Of a DNA stretch of 39,069 bases, positions 17,435 through 24,616 are shown piece by piece (position 1 is the first letter of the stretch; each line of letters begins with the position of its first letter). The notes below the pieces were generated by a model that was given only the letters and a program-made list of their open reading frames with translations, was not told the DNA's origin and did not search any database. Made by a program: the position numbers and the translations under genes. Location: the NCBI GenBank assembly GCA_964572885.1, contig CAZNFC010000001.1:1-39069 (forward strand), written 5' to 3'. This DNA is from an uncultured Methanosarcinales archaeon (lineage in GTDB: Archaea; Nanobdellota; Nanobdellia; Woesearchaeales; UBA10107).

Positions 17435-18142
17435 TCAATGCATCAATCTTTTAAGTTTTCCGAAAAAATAAACTTCCCTGTCTTCAACTGCGAAAACTTC
17501 AATATCTTTAGATGATTTCATGACAGGACTTAAGAAACCTCCCTGCAGGACATCAGTACCTTCTACAAACAGATTCATCGAAGGAAGGACAATCAGATTC
17601 CTTCCTTTATAATTTCCTTTAAGGAAGCACTTGTACTTCTCGGATTTTGTTTTCTCCCTTAATGTGACAGCAGGATGCTCATGTCCCATGAACATCGTCT
17701 TGATATTTTTATCCAATTTAGGAACATAATCTCCATGGATAAATAGCATATCTCCTATCTTGAATTCTTTTACAACTTCCAGATCTCTTTTCTTCGCAAT
17801 CGGGCCTAAAAATGGATCGTGATTTCCTTTCAACAATATTATTTTCTTTGAATATTTAGAAAGATAATCAAAGAATCTGAGAAGCTCTCTCCATTCCTGG
17901 GTAGAAATGCCTCCGAATTCCTGCTTTACATCTCCTGTGATTATTATTATTTCAGGCTTTACTTTTGAGAATATGTAATCAAATCTTTTGATCAATTCCC
18001 TGAAATGGAACTTCGGGACTAAGACTCCTTTTCTGCTGTATTCCTCTTCAAGCCCTAAATGCACGTCAGATATCACAAGAATCTTTTTCTTTTTAATGAA
18101 AAGTGATAAATCGACTATTTCGATCCCTTTAAGTATTTCCAT
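17435..18142 (-). CDS. calcineurin-like metallophosphoesterase (archaeal SbcD/Mre11-related small phosphoesterase type)
   Basis: Motifs occur in canonical order: ISDVHLG, ITGDVKQ, LKGNHD, MGHEHP. Confidence 0.8.
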   Translation of the reverse strand: MEILKGIEIVDLSLFIKKKKILVISDVHLGLEEEYSRKGVLVPKFHFRELIKRFDYIFSKVKPEIIIITGDVKQEFGGISTQEWRELLRFFDYLSKYSKKIILLKGNHDPFLGPIAKKRDLEVVKEFKIGDMLFIHGDYVPKLDKNIKTMFMGHEHPAVTLREKTKSEKYKCFLKGNYKGRNLIVLPSMNLFVEGTDVLQGGFLSPVMKSSKDIEVFAVEDREVYFFGKLKRLMH

Positions 18143-18146
18143 TTTT

Positions 18147-18836
18147 TCAGAATAATTTCTTCAATATATCGATAGTGAACAGTACTGTCGCCTGAGCCTG
18201 TTCTTTTGAAGGCTGGAAAGGAGCGCTTTTCTTATGTACTGAAAATATTCTCACGTTGTTGATCAAATGGATCTGTTGAGCTACAGCCGGATCTATTTCT
18301 ATGCTTGATTCTTTAAGTTTAGAGAGTATATTTCCCAATCCTATACCTGGACTTGTCTCCAATAAATCTTTTCCTGTGACATCATAATATTTCCTGTGCA
18401 ATGCAGTCTCCATTATCCTTCCGCATAAGATCATTGTCGACCTGTATGCTTCTGCATTGAAGCATCTTTCCGCTTCAGCAAGGTCAAATAAAATATCATC
18501 TCTTATCTCATGAGGAAGATTCAAGTTTGTCTTTGCCACCGGACGGTTTTGCTTCGGAAGATTTAATTCAACGACCAACCCAAGCATTCCTTTCGGATCT
18601 CCCCTCATCATCAGGTTGTCAAGTTCTGCCGCTTTTTTCTTTGTATCTTCATCCAGATCTTTTGCCAGAATCTTGATCTTATCGACATTCTGCCTGACTA
18701 AACTCCTGTAATATTCTGCTCTCTGTTCCTTGTAATCGGGAACTCCTCTCTTGGCGCTTAAAGTGGATAAAGAAACGTTGTGATTCAACACACCAATCAA
18801 TGCTAATTTCAAGTCCTCTACCGGATCAAATCCCAT
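18147..18836 (-). CDS. hypothetical protein with DUF4145/HEPN-like C-terminal domain (tentative)
   Basis: CFNAEAYRSTMILCGRIMETALHRKY...ILSKLKESSIEID...INNVRIFSVHKK fits the DUF4145-like layout, including an R-x4-H element. Confidence 0.55.
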   Translation of the reverse strand: MGFDPVEDLKLALIGVLNHNVSLSTLSAKRGVPDYKEQRAEYYRSLVRQNVDKIKILAKDLDEDTKKKAAELDNLMMRGDPKGMLGLVVELNLPKQNRPVAKTNLNLPHEIRDDILFDLAEAERCFNAEAYRSTMILCGRIMETALHRKYYDVTGKDLLETSPGIGLGNILSKLKESSIEIDPAVAQQIHLINNVRIFSVHKKSAPFQPSKEQAQATVLFTIDILKKLF

Positions 18837-18912
18837 AGCATAATATCATACAAGTATGTATTTAAAGGTTGTGGCAACAAAATATTTAAACAGAGAGGTC
18901 GGAATTTAGTGT

Positions 18913-19545
18913 ATGAAAAAGATATTAATCATACTTTTACTGCTTCTTCCTGTCGTTTATGCTCAGGATTTCCCTTTAGAAGCAAGAAAAGCAAGTCTTG
19001 ACCTGCAGGCGAGCAGGTTTCTTCTTAAGATGAATGCTGCAATTGATTACGGAAACAGCAGAATGGTCGATACGACAGGATTGAATTCATTAAGAGATAT
19101 GTTCCAAGAAAGGATGTCTGAGATGGCGACAGTTATTTCAGCAGAGGATCTCATGACAAGGGAGACTCAGATGAGGAATCTCTCTGATGAATTCAGAAAA
19201 ACAGTCAGGAAAGTTTTTGAGAAGCCTGCAGAATTAAAAGCAATAAAGATAGATGAATCAGCTCTTGGGGAAAAAAGGATAAGATGGGAAGAGGAGAGCA
19301 AGAAAGTATTACTGGCAGCTTATAGCTCAAAGATCGGTGAATTGAATTCGGAAGGGAATAATACTGACATAAAATTATTATCAAATTTTAAGAAAGAAAG
19401 CGCAAAAGTTGAAAATCTGACGCCATCTTCAAATTCAACTGACACAAAAGAAACTCTTGCAAGATATTACACATCATCTAAGAGTGTTGCAAGTACGATA
19501 ATTAATTTCTTTTCAGAGAAGATACAGGAGCTGAATAAAGAATGA
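18913..19545 (+). CDS. secreted coiled-coil hypothetical protein
   Basis: Signal peptide MKKILIILLLLLPVVYAQ, with a helical charged remainder. First of three overlapping genes. Confidence 0.6.
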   Translation: MKKILIILLLLLPVVYAQDFPLEARKASLDLQASRFLLKMNAAIDYGNSRMVDTTGLNSLRDMFQERMSEMATVISAEDLMTRETQMRNLSDEFRKTVRKVFEKPAELKAIKIDESALGEKRIRWEEESKKVLLAAYSSKIGELNSEGNNTDIKLLSNFKKESAKVENLTPSSNSTDTKETLARYYTSSKSVASTIINFFSEKIQELNKE

Positions 19546-19730
19546 AAAGAATGATTGTTTTTGTCTTATTGTTTATTTTCCTCATAGGATGCACAAAGGT
19601 CGATCTTGCAGCAAAAGAAGCTCCGGTCGTCAAAGAAAAGGCTGTAAATGAAACAGCGAAAACTCCTGAGCAAGTAAAGCAGGATACTCTTCAGAAAATT
19701 GAAGTCCAGGATTTCGGAGAAGTTGCATGA
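19542..19730 (+). CDS. small lipoprotein-like protein (62 aa)
   Basis: MKRMIVFVLLFIFLIGCTK has a lipobox-like LIGC. There are ATGA overlaps with both neighbours. Confidence 0.5.
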   Translation: MKRMIVFVLLFIFLIGCTKVDLAAKEAPVVKEKAVNETAKTPEQVKQDTLQKIEVQDFGEVA

Positions 19731-19987
19731 AAATAGAGAAAAAGGTCTGGCCTGAATTCTTTCAGAGCATAGTGGACGGAGATAAGACATATGAAGTAAG
19801 ACTCGCAAATTTTAGATGCAAAAAGGGTGATGTATTAGTGCTTAAAGAATGGGATCCGAAGACTAAAAAATTCACCGGAAGAGCTATGGAGAAGAAGGTA
19901 ACTTATGTCTTAAAAACAAAAAATATAAAGTTTTGGCCTGAAAAAGAAGTTAAAAAATACGGATTACAGATAATTTCTATTAAATGA
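19727..19987 (+). CDS. DUF3850/ASCH-like (PUA-fold) small protein
   Basis: KKVWPEFFQSIVDGDKTYEVRLANFRCKKGDVLVLKEWD...TGR matches the DUF3850 pattern (W.e.F..i..G.KtfE.R..d....GD.l.L.E). Confidence 0.65.
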   Translation: MKIEKKVWPEFFQSIVDGDKTYEVRLANFRCKKGDVLVLKEWDPKTKKFTGRAMEKKVTYVLKTKNIKFWPEKEVKKYGLQIISIK

Positions 19988-22900
19988 TTAAATCTCTTTT
20001 TCTGCCTTGATCAGGAATTTAATAAGTTCATCAGGCCATGTCTTAGGTATTGAGCCTGACAATAATTCCTTGAGCCATTTCTTAAAGCTCTGATTGAATG
20101 GCTTTCTTTCTCCTTCTATCAATCTTCTAATCTCATATACGATATCAGAAGGCAGCTTAATCCTTCTCGAAACCTGAGTCAACTGCTCATTCAACAGATC
20201 CTCATCTTCTGAAAATTTCTTGCTCGGCTTTATCTCTAATCTTGTAAAGACAAAGTTCCTTAGATGAGCAGGCCATTCTTTCTCGATGTCTTTCTGGTAT
20301 TTCTTTACTGCAGAGATGAAATCTTCTCTTGGCTCGTATTCTTCATCATCTACCATATGGAATATCTCGTCTTTTGCATATCCAGGAACATGAGCTAACT
20401 GTCTTGCTGCGAATTTAAGTTTTCCTTCCTTGCTTTCCATCTCTTTTTTTCTTTTTTCCTCTACAGACTGCCAGAACTCAGCATAATCTATCTTCTCTAT
20501 CTTTTTTTGAGGTTTTATCCCTCTCTTCATCTCTATAGAATCTATGACCTGCTGATGCATCCTTTTCAGGAATTCCATCCTGTCTTCAATCCTTAAGACA
20601 TCCAGATATCCTTGCAAAACTAACATGAATGAGAAAGGAGAAGGAACATTCGATATTATCTCTCTTATCTTCACTTTTCCTTCATTTATATCCTTCAGGA
20701 CTAATTTTGCATTCTCGATATCCATCAGGTCTTCCAAGACTTCTCTTCTCGCTTCTTTCAATATCGGAAAATCCTCAGAAATTCTTTTTACTGCCTGCAA
20801 TAAAATCATGGAGCTTACCTGCTGTCTTCCTACTCTTTTTTCATGGCCTTTGTAATTCTGCAGTATCATAAATGATCTCGCTGCGCAGTGCCTGAACCTT
20901 CTTCTCAATATCTCTGTCTTATCTAAAGCTAATTTCATCAATTCCTCTATTCTATTCGCTTTTAACAGTTCGAAAGCTTTTACTGCCTGGACAGGATGAG
21001 GGGAAGCGATGTAGAATCCGTTGTCTGAAATTCCTATTTCAACGTCTCTGTGCTGTATCTTTGAGATTGCATAAGCTACTGCCCTTGCCAAACAGTCATT
21101 TACTCTTCTTCCATACAGAGTATGGAAAACAGCGTATTTCTTCTCTCCTTCATCATAATGTTCTATAAGTAATTTTGTACTTGTTGGAATCTCTGCATAT
21201 TCATACTGCTCTTTGAAATATTCATAAATGGCGTTTGCTGCATTGTCATCAACATATAAGAATTCGTTAAGGAATTTTATGATTTCATCTTTTGATTTTT
21301 TATGTGTGAATTTTTCTTCCATCAGTTTCCTGAATCTTCCTATCTCATTAGCTAAATCGAAACTTAACGGCAAACTTTCAGAATACCATGAAGGAACTGT
21401 AGGTCTTCTTCCTGTAGCTGCCTGTACTCTTGCGACCATTCCAGATGCGTTTCTGAATTCATATGTATTTCCGCCTAAAACGAATATATCTCCCTGCCTT
21501 AACTTTTCCAGGAATCCTTCGTCTATGGTTCCTACAGCGATATCTCCTACTTTGACTATGACTCCTGATTCAGATGGGATTGTCCCTATGTTTGTCATGT
21601 AGATGACTCTTGCCATCTTTCCCCTTTTTCCTATCATCTTTGTAATTGGATCAATCCATATCTTAGCGTATATGTTCCTATCTTCCAATTCAGAATATTC
21701 TCCAGCAAGATATGATATTATCTGGTCGTAATCTTCTCTTTTGAGATTTTTATAACAATAGCTTCCTTTCACTAATTTGAATAGATCATCTATGTGTATC
21801 TGTTCTTCTAAACAGATGCCGAATAACTGCTGCGCTAAGACGTCTAAACAATTCTCAGGAATGTGAATCCTGTCTATCTTCTTTTCCACTGCTGATTTTA
21901 AAAGAACCGAACATTCAACTAAGTCATCTCTGTCTAATACTATTATTCTTCCCTTTGTGGTGTCATGAAGCTTATGCCCTGATCTTCCTATCCTTTGCAA
22001 TGCTCTTGCTACTGATTTTGGAGAACCCAATAGAATTACTAAATCGACGTAACCGATATCAATTCCTAACTCTAAAGAGGTTGAACATACAACACATTTC
22101 AATTCTCCTTTCCTTAATCTTGATTCCAATTCTGTTCTGTGAGTTTTAGACAATGAACCGTGATGAGCTCCAATGTTTTCTGAGTAGTTTTTAGGAAATC
22201 TCTCTTTCAGGTGATGGACAACTCTCTCCGTGCCTGATCTTGTATTTGTGAAGATTAAAGTTGTTTTGTGTTCTTGTATTAATTTGTCAATTAGATTGTA
22301 AGTTTCATTGCTTACTGTGTTATAATCTGTGTTGATTAAGTTGGCTACAGGGCTTATTACTTTCAGATCTAATTTCTTTAAGCTTGGAATATCGACTATT
22401 TCGCAGTCTCTATCGTTTCCGACTAAGAATTGAGCCACATTGTCCAATGGAGCAACTGTTGCAGACAAACCAACTCTTGCCATTGCTGGGGAAAGTCTTT
22501 GCAATCTTTCAACACTCAAACTTAGATGGACTCCCCTCTTGTTCTCTGCCAATGCGTGGATTTCGTCTGCTATGAACCAGTCTGTATTTTTTAAGTGGTC
22601 TTTGAATTTAATTGATGAAAGCATCAATGCTAAAGATTCTGGAGTGGTTACTAAGATATGGGGAGGATTTGCCAGCATTTTTGCTTTTTCTGTTGCTGTC
22701 GTATCTCCTGTCCTTACTCCGACTCTTATTCCGAATTTTTTATCTGCTTGTTTTTCCATTTCTTCTAATGGTTCAATGAGATTGATTTTTATGTCAGAAT
22801 TGAGCGCTTTCAAAGGAGATACATAGACGGCATATACTTTGTTTTCTAATATTCCTTTTTCAGAGCAGTCTATCAAATGGTTTAGAATTGATAAAAATGC

Positions 22901-23089
22901 AGTCAGAGTTTTACCGGAGCCTGTATTTGCTGATACTAATATATTCTTTCTTGAGTTTATATCAATGACTGCATTTCTTTGCGGCTCTGAGAACGTATTG
23001 AATTTATTTTTGAACCAATCCTTTACGATAGGGTTCAAAATAGAGAAAATAGATTCATCTGTATCCGGCTTTTGCTTATATGATATCAT
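19988..23089 (-). CDS. lhr: Lhr-type ATP-dependent DEAD/DEAH-box helicase
   Basis: 1033 aa. Has Q-motif/motif I FSEPQRNAVIDI...ANTGSGKTL, motif II ADEIHAL, motif VI RIGRSGH, and a long Lhr-style C-terminal (DEAD-associated) region. Confidence 0.9.
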   Translation of the reverse strand: MISYKQKPDTDESIFSILNPIVKDWFKNKFNTFSEPQRNAVIDINSRKNILVSANTGSGKTLTAFLSILNHLIDCSEKGILENKVYAVYVSPLKALNSDIKINLIEPLEEMEKQADKKFGIRVGVRTGDTTATEKAKMLANPPHILVTTPESLALMLSSIKFKDHLKNTDWFIADEIHALAENKRGVHLSLSVERLQRLSPAMARVGLSATVAPLDNVAQFLVGNDRDCEIVDIPSLKKLDLKVISPVANLINTDYNTVSNETYNLIDKLIQEHKTTLIFTNTRSGTERVVHHLKERFPKNYSENIGAHHGSLSKTHRTELESRLRKGELKCVVCSTSLELGIDIGYVDLVILLGSPKSVARALQRIGRSGHKLHDTTKGRIIVLDRDDLVECSVLLKSAVEKKIDRIHIPENCLDVLAQQLFGICLEEQIHIDDLFKLVKGSYCYKNLKREDYDQIISYLAGEYSELEDRNIYAKIWIDPITKMIGKRGKMARVIYMTNIGTIPSESGVIVKVGDIAVGTIDEGFLEKLRQGDIFVLGGNTYEFRNASGMVARVQAATGRRPTVPSWYSESLPLSFDLANEIGRFRKLMEEKFTHKKSKDEIIKFLNEFLYVDDNAANAIYEYFKEQYEYAEIPTSTKLLIEHYDEGEKKYAVFHTLYGRRVNDCLARAVAYAISKIQHRDVEIGISDNGFYIASPHPVQAVKAFELLKANRIEELMKLALDKTEILRRRFRHCAARSFMILQNYKGHEKRVGRQQVSSMILLQAVKRISEDFPILKEARREVLEDLMDIENAKLVLKDINEGKVKIREIISNVPSPFSFMLVLQGYLDVLRIEDRMEFLKRMHQQVIDSIEMKRGIKPQKKIEKIDYAEFWQSVEEKRKKEMESKEGKLKFAARQLAHVPGYAKDEIFHMVDDEEYEPREDFISAVKKYQKDIEKEWPAHLRNFVFTRLEIKPSKKFSEDEDLLNEQLTQVSRRIKLPSDIVYEIRRLIEGERKPFNQSFKKWLKELLSGSIPKTWPDELIKFLIKAEKEI

Positions 23090-23129
23090 TCAAATACGTT
23101 AATGATACTTTATGAACACGATAGGTGGT

Positions 23130-24247
23130 TTATATGTGTTTCGCATCTATATCTGTGAAATTTTTGATATACCTGTCGAGCTCGATATCTGAAATCTCGC
23201 TTGGAAATGATAGTTCTATTTCTTTGCCTAATCGTTTCCTTAGCTTGTAAGTATTGGCTTGCTTTGCGTATGCCATCCAGCCTTGAAGTCGCTCGTATAT
23301 CTCATCATAATCAATTACTTTGGAATCGTAATCTTGCTTGAACTGTTTTATCCTTCTCTTTGTTTTTCTCAGATTTGTCCTTCTTAGAAGTTTGTGGTAA
23401 TAAAACGATCTAAAGCCCAAGAAATTTATTCCTCGCTCTAATTTGATTATTTTCGATTTATTTGGATGCAGTTCTATAAGAAGATTTTTCCTAATAAACT
23501 CGTTGATTTTATCTTTGTAGTATTCAAGCATATTCTTATCGTTATGCAAAATCACGAAGTCATCGACATATCTTATGTAATATTTTACTTTTAATTCGTG
23601 TTTTACAAAATAGTCTAATTCATTTAGATAGACATTGGCGAAGAATTGGCTCGTTAAGTTGCCAAGGGGCATCCCCCTCTGGGAAGAGCGTGTAGAGAGA
23701 GAGAGAGAGAGCAGTTTGAAAGTATTTTTTTGATTAGCCAAATGATTCTATTGTCCTTAATCTTATTCTTAATTATACTGATAAGAACACCATGGTCAAC
23801 TTCTTCAAAATAGTGCTTTATATCTGCCTTCAATACATAGGTTTCTTTTGTATTATTTCTGCTTGCTTTCCTTTTGAAGTAATCAAATCTATTTAACGCG
23901 TTTAAAGTTCCTTTGCCTATCTGATTGGCAAATGAATCGTAGATGAAGCTTTTGCGAAAAATAGGTTCAATGATGTTACATAGAGCATGGTGAACAACTC
24001 TATCTCTGAAATCAGACTTGCTTATCTTCCTTGTCTTTGGATCCCTTACTATGAAATTAACTAATGGTTTTGGTATATAAGAATGTAGCAACAATTCGGT
24101 TCTTAGTTGTTCAAGATTTTCTTTGAGATTATTTTCAAATTCAATAACATATGGTTTCAATGTTTTTCTTCTTCTTGCTTTCTTGAAAGCGAGCTCTAAA
24201 TTCTCGTAAGAACAAAGATTTTCAAATAAATTTCCGTGTCGCTTCAT
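23130..24247 (-). CDS. DGR reverse transcriptase, interrupted by a frameshift inside a (CT)9 tract
   Basis: Track ORFs 23654..24370 and 23130..23741 together carry all RT motifs. These are FIVRDPKTRKIS and FRDRVVHHAL (motifs 1-2), SFANQIGKGTLNAL (3), GMPLGNLTSQFFANVYLNELD (4, with the DGR-typical LGxxxSQ), YIRYVDDFVIL (5) and the thumb LQGWMAYAKQANTYKLR. The start is placed at ATG 24247 (MKRHGNLFENL...). Removing one CT unit gives a continuous reading frame of about 371 aa. Confidence 0.9.
23695..23712 (-). repeat. (CT)9 dinucleotide microsatellite (AG9 on + strand) at the RT frameshift point
   Basis: agagagagagagagagag read directly. It encodes the SLSLSL stretch seen in both overlapping ORFs. 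Confidence 0.95.
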
Positions 24248-24282
24248 TGATAAGTATAAAGTCTTAGTATTCAAAGCCATTT

Positions 24283-24366
24283 CACGAGAGTGGCCATTGT
24301 TGTTGTCGAAGTTGTTGTTGCCATTGACATGGAACCTACCGTTGTTGTGGTTGAACCTGACAGCCC
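24283..24366 (-). repeat. DGR template repeat (TR), AAC/AAT-rich
   Basis: Coding-strand sequence: GGGCTGTCAGGTTC AAC CAC AAC AAC GGT AGG TTC CAT GTC AAT GGC AAC AAC AAC TTC GAC AAC AAC AAT GGC CAC TCT CGT G. It lies 36 nt upstream of the RT ATG. I count about 26 adenines by hand. Confidence 0.9.
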
Positions 24367-24472
24367 ACACCCTTATAGCCAGTTTATTGTATAATCACTG
24401 CCACTTCACAGTTTCGTTTCCTACTCAGTGTTGTAGCTGCATTTTATAACCAACAATGTGTCATAATACGCA

Positions 24473-24520
24473 ATTTCGGCAGAGCCGAAATGCGCCCATT
24501 TGGACTTTGTCCAAATTGGG
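24473..24520 (-). promoter_or_regulatory. two adjacent stem-loops in the VR-TR spacer (candidate DGR RNA 5' structure or target-gene terminator)
   Basis: ATTTCGGC-aga-GCCGAAAT (24473-24491; 8-bp stem) and CCCATTTGGAC-ttt-GTCCAAATTGGG (24495-24520; 11 bp with a one-base bulge). Both are unusually GC-rich for this window. Confidence 0.5.
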
Positions 24521-24600
24521 AACTGACGTGTGGCCTCGAATTTTCACCAATGAATTGTTTCATCAGCTCAAACCAAGACAAATAAGAAAATGTTAGAATC

Positions 24601-24608
24601 TATTTAAA
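24601..24608 (-). promoter_or_regulatory. TATA-like box (TTTAAATA on minus strand) just downstream of the target-gene stop; candidate promoter of the TR-RT transcript
   Basis: Same box type as the gene promoters in this window. It lies about 235 nt upstream of the TR, and there is no properly spaced box directly upstream of the RT ATG. Confidence 0.4.
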
Positions 24609-24616
24609 AATACTGC

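Noticed and set aside
17435-18142. The metallophosphoesterase as the missing Mre11 partner of Rad50
   Set aside because: At 235 aa it is too short and lacks the Mre11 capping/DNA-binding region. It is not adjacent to rad50 and resembles the small archaeal SbcD-related phosphoesterase family instead.
20625-23102. Several plus-strand ORFs inside the lhr gene
   Set aside because: They are antisense to a 1033-aa helicase ORF that carries all of the helicase motifs, so they are shadow frames.
24248-24370. The N-terminal 41 codons of track ORF 23654..24370 (MWAVRFNHNNGRFHVNGNNNFDNNNGHSREMALNTKTLYLS) read as part of the RT protein
   Set aside because: The ORF opens with GTG, not ATG, and this stretch is simply the template repeat read in frame. 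DGR RTs typically begin MKR..NL(F/Y)E, which matches ATG 24247. The asparagine run is the AAC-codon signature of a TR, not a protein domain.
23130-24370. Alternative readings of the RT as a group II intron maturase or a retron RT
   Set aside because: No maturase X or endonuclease domain is present, and no intron domain V/VI-like RNA structure flanks the ORF. Motif 4 is LGNLTSQ (DGR type) rather than the intron-type SP motif. The adjacent A-mutated repeat pair is explained only by a DGR.
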